This document shows, one piece after another, positions 35,677 to 47,652 of a stretch of 56,979 nt of DNA. The position numbers were made by a program, and so were the translations under genes. The stretch is from Catajapyx aquilonaris (lineage: Eukaryota). The stretch lies in assembly GCA_000934665.2 (NCBI GenBank), contig JYFJ02002445.1:1-56979 (forward strand), in the 5' to 3' direction. Under the pieces are notes generated by a model that saw nothing but the letters and a program-made list of their open reading frames with translations, was not told the DNA's origin and searched no databases. Positions within the stretch are counted from its first letter, which is position 1. The number at the start of each line of letters is the position of its first letter.

Positions 35677-38600
35677 ATGTATAGGGAATTGCGCTTCAGT
35701 ACGCTGCCCCATACTGCTGAGTTGAGGATTACGACTATGGGCAACGACGGAGTCAAAGATGTCTCAATGGCCAAAGGTGCAGAAGGGGACACTGAAGATA
35801 TTCGGTCCTTTCTATCAGGAAGAGACGTCCTTGTGACCGGAGCCACCGGATTTGTTGGGAAGGCTCTTCTGGAGAAGATTCTGAGGTCGTGTCTTCATGT
35901 GGGCACCGTCTTCCTGCTCATTCGACCGTCCAGAGGAAATAATGTAGAAACCAGAAAGAAAGAATTGCTCAGCAGTCAGGTACTTTGAGTCCCTTCACAC
36001 ATTTTAATTCATGCAGATTTGCAGGCGGGGTTCAAAAATGTCATAAGAAGCTTATTACATTAAGTTTATATCATATTTTGTAATAATGCATGATAGTAAT
36101 CTGCCAATAATACACAACATATTTGGCACAGATTACATAATATACGGTAAAATTTGCTCTACCTAACATTCCTTCAATTTCACAGCAGAATGCAAAAGCG
36201 TGAGATGCCATGGATTGGATTCGTCATTAATATTATGGGTTGACATAGGCGTGATTTTATTTGTTCTTAGAATTGTTTTTTGAGATATTATTTGTTCAGG
36301 TGAAATCAATCGACCTTGGGAGTATAGCTATTTTTTATCTCAAAAAAGACGAATTGAATGGTTTTATGATTGTCCTGGCAGCAGAAAAACAAGTAAGCAA
36401 ATTGCCACATGGATTACTTGCTTTTGCATAGATGATAATTTATTTACTGGGTACCATTTGCGAATTTTGCGTTTTCAAATGCCGTGTCACGCAGAAAATG
36501 CACGCAGAAAATGCACGCAGAAAATGAAAAAAAAAAACCTGAATGACTTCCATTATTAATAATTTATGAATCCAGAACGCCTCCACCAATATAATGAAAG
36601 GTATATCGTATATGACCACATACTATTGCAAGATAATAAATTAATAATCGAAGTATCGAAGCACTTCATTTCCTTTCCAACCTATTGCATTGTACACTTT
36701 TTATCTTTTGGTGTTACGTATACACCACCACCAAAGGTGGGCATTAGCTCCTTTAATCAGCTAACAGCTAATAGCTGAACTAACGTTTCGCTAGCTGATT
36801 AGCTGCTTCCGCTAACTTTTCAGGTCGCTAGCTGACTAATTAGCTCTCACTAAATTAGTGCCGCACTGCAGCTAAATACAATCAGCTAACAAAATTAATC
36901 CGTGTTCCTGCTGTGTCGATGTCTGTTACTTTTTAAAGTTGCATTGTTTCCACTCCAGGCAGGGATTAATATAGACCAGTTTATGAGTGGCCAGGGTTGG
37001 GGACTTCAAGGCCCTATGGTGGAATCTGGGAAGACCGAAAGGGTAAGGTGAAGGTGAGGATCCGGGTCATAGGGTGGTATGCAGGCCACTTTCCCGCCCA
37101 CTGGTGACGCACGAAAATTGAACGTCTTTCTTTCAATGTCCAAAAATGTGGTGAACCAGCCAAGTGAGTCAACCAATAGCAATAGTCGATCCAGTCAGGG
37201 AAGATATGAACTGTAGCATGGGGGGGTTTGCCAGAAACATCTGCATTTCCTCAGGTTAAACACAGGGGGCGAAGGGGTATAGGCTGGGGGGAGAGCCATT
37301 AGCCCCCGCTTTTGGACATATTGAGGGCCAAGAGAGCCAGCTTCTCTGATGAAAATTTTGAGAGGCTGATTTTTTTGAAGGCTAATCAACATCATCTTAA
37401 TACAAACTAACCAACCCGAAATCTGAGTGGAACTCTGTGTAGTGTTTGTTGGTTGTAAATACGCTCGCAACGTACTGCGATAGTGAGTAGTGTACAAATC
37501 TGTCTTATACAAATCTGTTGTCTTTTTGTCTGTTTGTATTTTTTTTTCTTTACGCACATTTTCAGCTATTTGACCTGTTTGCATGCCCACCTACTATGTG
37601 TTGGCAGCCGTTTGGTACTATCACTGCGGTGTGCGGAATTATTGTTTAAAACTCCCTTTTTTGCCGCCGCCGATATACATTGTACTCATATTACAGGGCT
37701 AGGTGCCGGATTGTAAATTCTGTTCCTGTCTACCTGGCCAAAACTTATTTTCTGATCACTTTGGTGCGCGGATTACATTATAGCTACCAGTTTTTTAAAT
37801 ATAAATTTTGCATTGCCTGTCTTTGGAGCTTTTTCCTATTTGGATTTGTGTATTACTTTTTGTATGGAACAGTAAATAACTAAATAAGCCGTATGTGTAG
37901 CAATGCTCTCTAGGCTTTATCAGCTCAGGTCTCGTTTTTAAGGGTCATTGAGCAAAAAAAGAGACGAAGTTAGCTGTTAGCTGTTAGCATTAGCTCTAAC
38001 TAATTTTCTAGCCATTTAGCATTAGCTATTTAGCAAATCCAGTTTTTTATAGTTAGCTGATCAGCTGTTAGAGAAGCTGATTTTTCGGTTAGCTGTGCCC
38101 ACCTTTGACCACCACCATCAAAGTGTGATGCTGCACATTGAGTAGATAATTATGTTGTCCTTGATAAAATTGGCTTCTTTCTCATCTTCTTTACGTTTTC
38201 ATGCAGGTATTGAGTCGAGCCTTGAGAGAGCAACCCGACTGCACGTCAAAGGTGGTGGCAGTGGAGGGTGACCTGTCCTGTGTCAACCTGGGAATGTCAC
38301 AAGAATGGTGGGACCGACTTCAGAGGACAGTTTCAGTCATCTTCCACGTTGGGGCCTCGGTCAGGATGAGCGATCCCCTCCTGGAAGCAGCACGAGTCAA
38401 CCTGGGTTCGGTTCACCACCTGGTCAACCTTGCCCGGGGCATGCCCCACCTGCGAGCCTTCGTCTACGTCTCCACCGCCTACTGCAACCACGACTCTCCG
38501 GACAAGCCAATGGTCAAGGAGAAGGTCTACCCATCCCCTTGCTCTCCAACACTCATGCTCAACCTGATGGACACTTGCAACCAGGAGCAAATGGAGATGG

Positions 38601-39673
38601 TCCTGCCCAGGCTCAGAGGTCAGAAGAGCAACACTTACGTCCTCACTAAGTCTGTGACAGAGAATTACCTGCAGGAAGCATGCATTGCATACGGACTGCC
38701 AGTGGCCATCGTGCGGCCATCTATAGGTGAGATTAACTTTGCACTTCTTTTTAAATTATTACATAACTTAATATGTAGGCTACTAGATGTAGTGAATGTG
38801 AATCTTTCAGTGGTATCGTCTCTGTCGGAGCCGGAGGCTGGATGGGTCGAGTCCCTGTCCGGTTCGCCTGCGATGATGGCAGCTGCAAGCCAAGGAGTGA
38901 TGAACTCGGTCCTGTTGGACCCAAACAAGTTGGCAGACTTCGTACCAGTTGATCATCTGGCCAACAGTCTCTTTGCTGTATCCTTGCGTCTTCATCACCT
39001 GGCGAATAGTCAAATAACATGGGAGAAGCCTCTGGTACTTCACGTCACATCTGGAACTGTCAATCCTCTCTCCTTTGGCCAGTTTCTCCGAATCGCATGG
39101 TCTCACGCGTCAGATATGCCGTCTGAGGATCTGATACTACCACCGTGGCCAGTGTACCACGCCACAAAAATAGGGTATCAATTACATCGATTTTTCGCTC
39201 AGTTACTGCCCAGCATGTTCTTTGATATTGCGAAGGTGAGTAATGTTAGTTAGATAATAATTTGCTGGATATGATAGTACACAGATGACCATTATGAATA
39301 TTCACTTCTGTCTTTCGTCATACAGTTTCAGTTCCGCCTCTTACGTATTCAGAGTCGCTTGCACATTATGTCCTGCCTGTGTGCCCCATTTGTAACGGAC
39401 GACTGGTTGTTCGAAACGAGTCAGATGAATGACCTGTGGCAATGGCTGTCTCCCCAGGACAGAGCCCTCTTCCCTTTCCATCCGTCGCTCATCAACTGGG
39501 ACACACACATCAAGGACTACGTGGCAGGTGTCCGTCGATTCATACTCAGACAGAACCCTTCCACTATACCAGCTGCTCGCAAACGACTCGCTCGGATTCG
39601 GACCATACTCTGGTCTACTGCCATCTGCTGCGTCCTGATGATCGTAGGAGTTGTAATCAACAAGACGCAGTGA
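35677..39673 (+). CDS. Fatty acyl-CoA reductase (FAR; NAD_binding_4 plus Sterile domain)
   Basis: Exons 35677(or 35737)-35979, 38207-38726, 38811-39235, 39326-39673. Rossmann TGATGFVGK, VEGDL, FVYVSTAY, catalytic NTYVLTK, IVRPSIV, DFVPVD, C-terminal INWDTHI..GVRRFIL and a TM tail. Confidence 0.93.
36732..38107. mobile_element. Non-autonomous hAT-like element in FAR intron 1
   Basis: TIR CAAAGGTGGGCA / TGCCCACCTTTG, 8-bp TSD ACCACCAC on both sides, and arrays of TAGCT/AGCTA subterminal repeats at both ends. Confidence 0.9.
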
Positions 39674-39884
39674 TGTCAACAACAACGACTCCGACCAGTC
39701 CGATTCAGTCCAGGAATATCCTGAGATGCACTGATTCAAGACATTCATGGACATAATAAACAATTGATGGCAAACCACCAGGAGGAACAAACGACTACTT
39801 TTGTCTTGTAAATTGTTCTCGCTTAATGTAATAAACATGCTGCCATTACAGATGGCTTCAATGACCCTTACTCCAATACACTGC

Positions 39885-40947
39885 TTAAAAGAGGCAGTTG
39901 ATCAGGTCGCACATGGCAGCCGGATACTTCGTCGCGTATGTCTGTGGCCACGACGAATGTTCCGTCAGCTTCTTCACGTTCAGATGGGCGAAGGCCAAGC
40001 AGGCCTGTCTCAGCGCCTGGCAGTGGTACTCGATGGCCAAGTGCAGCACTGGCACCACGTTGTCCGTCTCCAGGGTACGGGCCAGGTGTCTCTCGCACGC
40101 GGTCTTGAGTCTGGCCAAGTCGTACTTGTCCGCTGCCACCAACAGATCCTGGACCACTTCAGACATGTTCGGAGGTTCCTCGTCCGTGTACAGGAAGTGA
40201 ACCATCGCTTCCAGGACTGGAGGACCCACGTCCGGGATCACCACTCGACCTGTCCTCTTCTCCACCATGTCGTGGTTGAACATGGCTTCGAACACTGGGC
40301 TTCGAGCCTGCAGGACCAGCTTGTGGATCGGGATTTCCTTACCATCCGAAACCAGGGTCATGATGGTTGAATCAGGCTCCATCATGGTGTCCCCTGGTCT
40401 TGGACGAGGCCTCATGTCGTTTGCGACTCCAACAATGATGTCTCCCGTGCACACTAAGCGCAGTGTGTCACCTGAGATCAGACAACAACAGTTGGCATCA
40501 ACTGTAACCCATTGTATTGCAGAGAATTGACAAATACTGACCTGAGACAAGGTCATCCCTTGTGTCGAGGACATCGGTTGAGATGAACTCCGGATAGCCT
40601 TCTCCTTGATGCCCGAAGAAAGGATGCGCCTCTTGCGACCGGAGAAGGTGATCGCGATTTCCAGTGCTCTTCAGTGCGAATGAGCAGTTCTGGATGAAGT
40701 ACCTGCGACTTCCTCCTTCTGAAGGGATGTATCGGAGGTAGAAAGAGACGTGGTCCGATCGACGGGGACAGCGGATCATGAGCTGCCATTTCGTGCGTTC
40801 CTTGCCCACTCGGATGTTGAATGAATCGGACGACAGTTCCTTCAGGACGTCGGCGTCTCTCAAGGCTGTGAAGTTCTTGATTGTCCATTCGAAGGAGAAA
40901 GGCTGCAGGTCGGCATCGTCGATGTGAGCTCGCTTCTGAGCTGCCAT
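39885..40947 (-). CDS. MATH-BTB (speckle-type POZ protein-like) Cullin-3 adaptor, 330 aa
   Basis: Exons 40947-40542 and 40471-39885 (993 nt). MATH: FEWTIKNF..SDSF..KWQL..VSFYL..GYPEFI. BTB: HKLVLQARSPVFEAMF..M.E..IPD..FLYTD..LLVAADKYDL..LK..CE. Confidence 0.92.
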
Positions 40948-41244
40948 CTTTTATGGGATCGTTACTTACTACACACGCAATAAGCAAAACTAATTAGATT
41001 TTTCCTGAGGTTCCGGTATGCTATAATAAACTTCACCTTGTATATGCGACAAAATGACAGAAATTCCCTATAAGAACGATTTCTCCGTCTTCTGTAAATC
41101 AGTGAATCCGTTTGACTAAAATGTCCAACTTGTCAATAGTTTCGCTTGACAACCAAGTAAACAACTGTATTTTAGCATGCAACAAACATTCACACATGAA
41201 CAAATTGCACTTAAAATGTTAATGGAAATCTATAATATTAAAAT

Positions 41245-41600
41245 CCTTGCGTTGCTTGACCGAGCCCTCTGATTGGTCCGCCCCCGTATTGTTGCCGCCA
41301 CCTCCTCCCATTGGCCCCCGTCCATTGTTGCTGCGACGTATCCATGGCGCACTGTTACCACGACGCCTCCGATTGGCTCCCGTTCCGAGCATGCGCAATG
41401 GGGGTGGAACACGTCCAGTTGCATGTTGAGATCCTTGAGAGAAGGTCGCTTTTTTTCGTCTCTCCCGCCGCCGTCATCGTCACGCCGGACCCTTTTCCCT
41501 TCCCCACCTACCATACCTGTCCCCCCTTCGCCGCGGATCACTGGTGGTTATTGAAAAATGGCCGTAGGCACTGGCGGAGACGGGTGGAGAATAATGTAAG
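41245..41600. promoter_or_regulatory. CpG-rich promoter-like island with three CCAAT boxes and GC boxes
   Basis: ATTGG at ~41272, ~41310 and ~41372; CCGCCC at ~41278; high CpG density; 300-650 bp upstream of the MATH-BTB start codon. Confidence 0.45.
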
Positions 41601-42636
41601 TTCGAAATTCGAAATTTACCATTGCTGATCGGGCTGATTAGGAACTGCTTAGGCCTACCCATGCGCGGTGCTTTCACAGATGGGAAGTACACAGTACACT
41701 GTCTTCGAGGCACTTCTTTCAGTGTATAGTGTCGGAAACTGACTACCGTCGAATGCGTAGAATCGAACGTAAGAAGCCGGGTTGCAAATCTCGCGCGTTC
41801 GAATTATTAGCCTGGAACGTACTATATTGTTGGACTTCCAGACAGCCAACTGGCAGGTTGTTTATTTATACAGTCAGTGAGGGTTATTGAGTTGGCACAA
41901 CCGGCAACCAACAATAGAATCCAATATTACACTGTACTCCCGATTATATCAGGGTGCGGATAATACGTGCATCGCCATAATATAAACATTTACGTCCGAA
42001 AAAAATGTCTCGAATTTTTGTCCCACTGCTAGATAGTGCATACTGATAACTCAACAGTAGTGGTACGGAAATTCCACCCAATATCAATATCAATGTCTCA
42101 CCAACGAAAAAAATATATACCATACTTTCTCTAGAAGGCAAAGTAAAAATCTATGGTAATTGGTAAGCTTTATTTTTTGGATTAACCAAGCAGCATGCTC
42201 TTTGTACAGTAGTACATCAACAACCTGTGAATAGCTCCCTTTCTTCCAGGATCATTCTCCGATTGTCCGAGTTTCCCAATTATCTGGCAACACCCGTGCT
42301 GTCATTAGCTTGGATAATAATCTGGAGTACAGTGTACCTATGTGTACAAACTGTAGGGTCGCCCAGCTGTATTGTTGTATAAACACTGGGTAAGCTCTGT
42401 TCGCCACCTTGAATCGCACCCATCATTGGAACCACAGATGGGAACTGTATTTTCAAATTGCGCACCCTTAACCCTTTCACAAGTTTTTGGCAGGTTTCTG
42501 GGCCGTCTCTTTCCTTCTTTTTGTTCAAAATTCGATGTAGGAGTGATATTAATGAATAACAACTTAGAGCCGAAATTAATCATTAAAATTCGTGGTGGTC
42601 CTTTTGATTGTAAAATGCCGGAGAAAAATTCATATA

Positions 42637-43169
42637 CAGGGTGTCCCGCAAAATAAACTTTTTAGTATCGTCCGGCTCTCAGAAAGTCGATAGGCCTCAC
42701 AAGTTCACTCAGTGACTATGGTACATTGTTCTTATGGTTACATAATATTACCACAACACTGTACTATGATAAACTCCCAAGGGTCGGGGAGGTGTAGATG
42801 GCCGAGATGGTAACGTCTCGGCTTGCTGAGTGAAAGGCCCCCAGGTTCGATCCCCGCCTGGGGAACTTTCCTTTCACCTGCGTCAGGAGGGTCTCTGACC
42901 TGCACCAAGGAGGTGTCTGGCAACCTAACCTCCTGGGGACCAGCACATGACCCCTTTACAGATCTTGCACTTGCACCTATGTTCCCTCCCCAAAAATCCC
43001 TACCCCTACCCTACATCCTTGACTCCTTGCACCGGATATTGAAGTTAAAATCTAGAAAAATTGAGTGAAATGGTGGTATTCCACCCCCCTAAAAAGGCTC
43101 CGCCTTATCACGGGGTAACTTTAAAAAAAAACTGCCAAGTCCAAGAGTCCATACTTTACGGGCACCCTG
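42637..43169. mobile_element. Tc1/mariner-type MITE hosting a SINE
   Basis: TA|CAGGGTGTCCCGCAAAATA ... TACTTTACGGGCACCCTG|TA. Confidence 0.7.
42786..43131 (+). mobile_element. tRNA-derived SINE (family 1, copy 1)
   Basis: A box TGGCCGAGATGG, B box GGTTCGATCCC, A-rich tail. High similarity to 47653-47995. Confidence 0.9.
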
Positions 43170-43503
43170 TAGTACTGAGGGAACATGTTTACATAAACGA
43201 TCACGTGGGAGCAACGTGACCATGGCATATACGACTCAACTTGGCGGGAACAGGGGGGAGGGGGAGATCTGGAGTTGCCATGGTACTTGAGTCACAATCC
43301 AAGAGATGGCAGGAGCATATTGAACCGAGTTTGACACTGAAAAGTTCGCCTTCTCTATGCACATCCTCCAGGGCTAAATTCACAAACCATCAGGACATCG
43401 TAATATTATGATGTATTAGCCGTCAAAGGTTTAATATAAGGAGGGGGGAGGGGAGTATGATGAGGATAATTGTTGGGTGAGAATCATTAAGAACATGGCC
43501 TAC

Positions 43504-43599
43504 ACCGCAGGCCGCAGGCCTAGAAAACAGCGAGCGAAGCGAGTGGTTTTCTAGGCCTGCGCCCTAGGAAAAGGCGAGCGGAGCGAAGATTTTCCTAGT
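43504..43599 (+). mobile_element. Helitron-like 3' terminus (second copy)
   Basis: GCAGGCCGCAGGCCTAGAAAACAGCGAGCGAAGCGAGTGGTTTTCTAGG..TTTTCCTAG|T, matching 3865-3948. Confidence 0.55.
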
Positions 43600-43654
43600 T
43601 ATGATTTATGACCTCTTCTATGATCCCTGAAAGTGGCATATTCCAATCAAAATG

Positions 43655-44145
43655 TGTACCACATTTGAGCTTTATCTTTGAGACAATATATGGCTTGATT
43701 CCTTCTGCGATATATGGCATTTAGTTTGCATTTTTGAGCAAATAGTACAATCATAAAAAATATTAATTGTGCACTGATGCATAGTTGAGGCAAATTGTGG
43801 CCGCGGCACCAATGCTGGACCTGTTTCATTTTGAGAGCCCACTATCAGTTCGAGACTTTAGGGGGTTGCTCCCCTAATTTTTGACATTGTCGGAAGGCTG
43901 GCTACATTTTACAATAACTTGGGTTTTCCATGTGTTCATGAATCACTACCGATAAGATCATGTCCTTCTCAGTAAGCCAGCTGTGAGTCATTCTTGGAAT
44001 GCAGTCTTGGCCCTCTTGGCCCCAACTATATAAGCATCAGTGCATAATTTATTTTTTCCTGTTCATGCTATTTGCTCAAAAAATTTAAACTAAACGCCAT
44101 TAATCGCGGATGGAATCCAAGGAAGATGTCCTCAAATGTGAATCT
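43655..44145. mobile_element. Degenerate foldback/MITE
   Basis: TGGCATTTAGTTTGCATTTTTGAGCAAATAG..TGCACTGATGC pairs with GCATCAGTGCA..CTATTTGCTCAAAAAATTTAAACTAAACGCCA. Confidence 0.6.
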
Positions 44146-44160
44146 CGTAGGTGCTATATA

Positions 44161-44866
44161 CAGGGTCATCGAAAAAGAATGTCCCAATTTGAAAACTCTA
44201 TCACTGGAAAACTTGTGGACATATCTTAATTATTTTAGTTTCGAAATGCTCAGAAGTGTCTAATGTTTTGGCCTTACCATAATTTGCTTTGATATCAGCT
44301 CCATTTGTCGCTCGAAAAATTTAAATACGGTAATCGGTGGCGTGCCAAACCCACTCAGGCATGTCGCATGTCGGCTGCTACCATTGTGATCCTATTCCAT
44401 AGGTGCTGGTGATGACGGATCTTTTCACCACATCAAAAAAGTCAATCGGGGTTAATTTCTGGGCTTCTGGAGGGGATAAGCATGGCAAAACTTCTCCTTC
44501 AAGACTTCGCACACTGGGAGGCTGAACAAATTAAACTTTCCTACGGCAGTTCGTTTCATGGATGAGGCTACTTTTTATGTGAATCATCAAGAACAATGTG
44601 TGTGATGTAAAGACCCAAGATATCCATTACCTAAGGATAGGATTGCAACAGTAACTCCAGATATGATTGATAGGGCTTGGCACAACACCCACTACCGCCT
44701 TTTTAATCTGCCGAGCGACACATGGATCATATCAAAACAAACTAAGGTGAGACCAAATCTTTAGACCTTTCTTAGCATTTCAAAACTTAAATCATTCAGA
44801 TATTATGTCTACAAGTTTCCAAGTTATGGGGTTTTAAAATTGGGACATTCTTTTTCAATGACCCTG
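44161..44866. mobile_element. Deleted Tc1/mariner element
   Basis: TA|CAGGGTCATCGAAAAAGAATGTCCCAATTT ... AAATTGGGACATTCTTTTTCAATGACCCTG|TA, with TIRs longer than 60 bp. Residual PELTPIDFF motif on the minus strand. Confidence 0.88.
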
Positions 44867-45060
44867 TATTTTCAATGTTATAGCAAAACTATTGGCATTG
44901 GTTACAAAAAGTGCCCAAGTCACCGTCCGAGGGTTAAGTATCTATTGTATCTGCTAATTAAGTAATATTACATGAGAGCTAAACTAAAAATTAAAAAAAA
45001 TAAATTCATGACCATGAAGTCGCTGCAACAGTCATTACATTCCCATTACAATATGCTGTT

Positions 45061-45350
45061 AGGGCGACATGGTGGCGGAGTGGTTAATGCCTCAGCCTTC
45101 CACCTCTAAGGTCCCAAGTTCGATCCCCGGGTCGGACGGAGGATACTTATGTGGATAGAGTTTCGATGGGTTCTCTCCGTGTTCGCGGGGGTTTTCTCGG
45201 GGTTCTCCCGTTTCCTCCCACAATCAAAATCCATGACAGCGCAGGCAATTATTAAAGTCGGTATTTAAAAGATGATCCCCTAAGAGGCCCAAGGAGGCCT
45301 ATCACGGGGTATCCATTATTATTATTAATTATTATTATTATTATTATTAC
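45061..45350 (+). mobile_element. tRNA-derived SINE with V-domain-like core and (ATT)n tail
   Basis: A box TGGCGGAGTGG, B box GTTCGATCCC, core GTTCTCTCCGTGTTCGCGGGGGTTTTCTCGGGGTTCTCCCGTTTCCTCCCACA resembling the V-SINE domain. Possible TSD TATGCTG. Confidence 0.85.
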
Positions 45351-45371
45351 AATAATTATGCTGAAAAACGG

Positions 45372-45720
45372 GGAGACGGAGTGGCGCCGTGGTGGCGCCG
45401 TGGTAACGCGCGCGCTCACGGAAGTTAAGGTCCCGGGTTCAATCCCCACCCGGGGTTCCCACCATCTTTCGTGCAGAGTTGGGCCATCTCTGGCTTCGTT
45501 TCGGGTGGGAATTTCCGCTAGACTAACCCACCCGGGGGAGTTCACAAAATGACCATATAACCACATTGCACTTGCACTTTGCACATCCCCTCCTAATTAC
45601 CCTTGGAGCAATTAAGTATATCCATGTACATCACTCCAAACCCCAAATGGTGGTAATCCACCCCCCTAGAAATGACCTATCGGCCAGATAACGAAGTACA
45701 ACTAAAAAAAAAAAAAAAAA
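45372..45720 (+). mobile_element. tRNA-derived SINE (family 3)
   Basis: A box TGGCGCCGTGG, B box GGTTCAATCCC, poly(A) tail, 12-bp TSD GCTGAAAAACGG (45360-45371 / 45721-45732). Confidence 0.9.
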
Positions 45721-46162
45721 GCTGAAAAACGGCACCCACTCTTACATTATTTTCTCCTTAGCAAAGTTTGAGATGAATTCAAACACATTTTACACAATTA
45801 ACAGGTTTTTTTCTGGTCTCCCATGGGAATTGCACTGTGACATATCTTACTAATTCATTAGGCTCCTGAAAAAATCCTGCCTGGGGTGCTGCTGCATGAC
45901 ATATTGCCACCTGCTTAATTTGGAACAATGATTATAACAAAATCAATAAGAAGTTGTTCAGGACCCCACATCGGCTAGGTCACTCTGGGGATTTATTAAT
46001 TAGCCTATACCTGGCCTATACATATTTGAACTTTGTCCGTGAACCACAAATGACCAAACTCATGTCATATGATTTTAATTGGTTCCACAATACTTCATGT
46101 TGTCTCTTAGAGAGAATGAGGCGTTTGCCTTTCAACAACACATATTTTAAACAGTGAGACCC

Positions 46163-47512
46163 TTAACCTAAAATCACTGGAATGACTTCCCTTGTCATCA
46201 AGTCATCATTAATTGTCAGTGTTTGCAAAGCTTCCAGTGTTATATCTTGAAAAAATCGGTTGTATCCATATGAAACAGTTGCTGCACCGTTCTTCAAGTG
46301 GAGGTTCCTCAACTGATTACTGGATATAATATGTCTGACATACTTCTGGGGCATGGTGTTATCCACAACAAAACTTTGGATCTCTTGAAAGGCACGAGGA
46401 GTTGGGTACTGATGCAATTGGGTGAAGTCGTTAACTTGAGCCTCAAAAGATTTTAGGCTCGGGAAAATCTCCCCAATGGCTGCCAAGTTGACTCCACTGC
46501 ATGAATATAATACAAGGGAGTGTATTTGTGGGAAGGATACATTTTTCCCCGGAATAAATATGGAATCGAGTCCATCCAAAAGACATAAAGTCAAGCTGGA
46601 CAGCTGATTCATGCAATTGTCCAACAAGCAGAGAAGGCTGGAAGCTGAACCGAGTCTAAGCTTTAAACTCTTGAGCTTGGTTAGTTTTTTTACTGGACTT
46701 AAATCAGCAACTCCATTCAGATTTAGGTTCAGACTCTCCAGGTTTGGGAAGTAGGTTGCAACCTTTTCAACAATTTCAGATTGTTTTGCATTAACGGGTG
46801 CGAAAAAGTTCTTCAGACAAAGGTAAGGTTGTTCACATAGTGCGAGAACATCCTGCACATCATGCAACTCCAATATTTCTAATCTGGGAAGTTTCTCCAG
46901 GAGGACTATTCTACAGCTGGAATTGATCAATGGAGTGGTTCTGATTTTTATCAGATGGTTGTAAATGCCTAAGTCAGAGAAATCAGGTTTTGCCAGACAG
47001 CAATATACATTAATTTGGCCAAGGCTATCAATCTCTTCCAGAAGCGGACAGTTTTCCACTATTGTTGTCACGAGATGGTGGCAAAACGTTCGGGGAATTT
47101 GAATAGAGACCAGCTTATTCAGCTTGGGGAATGGAAGCAATCTGTCAATGTCAATTGATTCGTCATTATTGCCGACGTCATGAAGCACTTGTAAATCGCT
47201 CGTGACATGGAGACTGGAAATCAACCGGCAATACCAATTTGCTGAGAGTGAAAGATGACCATTCCTCACAATCTTAGTGCACTTGTCATGAAAAGCACTA
47301 GCAATGTTGAAGTCTTCCTCCAACATTGAACACAGCCTCAGAACCTCCGCCACGTAATCATTTGCAAAAAGGTTTGGGATGCTACACACATATTCGCCGA
47401 CAATCTCATCTTCATGTTGGCCCCTGCTTCTTTTGCAGGCTTGTAATGCATTTTCAGCCAAGGTGCGCAGTGTCAACTGCTCGAGGCTTAGTGGCTGCTT
47501 CCTTCTGGGCAT
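46163..47512 (-). CDS. Single-coding-exon LRR protein with N-terminal BC-box-like motif (PRAME/ZYG11-like architecture); frame stays open past the TAA to 46016
   Basis: ATG at 47512 after acceptor TTCCAG; MPRRKQPLSLEQLTLRTL. LRRs ENCPLLEEID, KLPRLEILEL, FPNLESLNL, LTKLKSLKL, FPSLKSF, QLRNLHL. Confidence 0.8.
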   Translation of the reverse strand: MPRRKQPLSLEQLTLRTLAENALQACKRSRGQHEDEIVGEYVCSIPNLFANDYVAEVLRLCSMLEEDFNIASAFHDKCTKIVRNGHLSLSANWYCRLISSLHVTSDLQVLHDVGNNDESIDIDRLLPFPKLNKLVSIQIPRTFCHHLVTTIVENCPLLEEIDSLGQINVYCCLAKPDFSDLGIYNHLIKIRTTPLINSSCRIVLLEKLPRLEILELHDVQDVLALCEQPYLCLKNFFAPVNAKQSEIVEKVATYFPNLESLNLNLNGVADLSPVKKLTKLKSLKLRLGSASSLLCLLDNCMNQLSSLTLCLLDGLDSIFIPGKNVSFPQIHSLVLYSCSGVNLAAIGEIFPSLKSFEAQVNDFTQLHQYPTPRAFQEIQSFVVDNTMPQKYVRHIISSNQLRNLHLKNGAATVSYGYNRFFQDITLEALQTLTINDDLMTREVIPVILG

Positions 47513-47652
47513 GGTTCCTGGAAAGAAGAGAGTACACGTCACGAAAAGTGCAATTTATGTCCAACAGTACATCAACAAAGGGTTCCTGGACCAATATTAC
47601 AAACTTTTAGACTTTTTCTCCTGAAAAAAAGGTCTTCTAGAATGCCTCTATC

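Noticed and set aside
39801..40370. Plus-strand 189-aa ORF opposite the BTB exon
   Set aside because: Antisense shadow of a GC3-rich coding exon.
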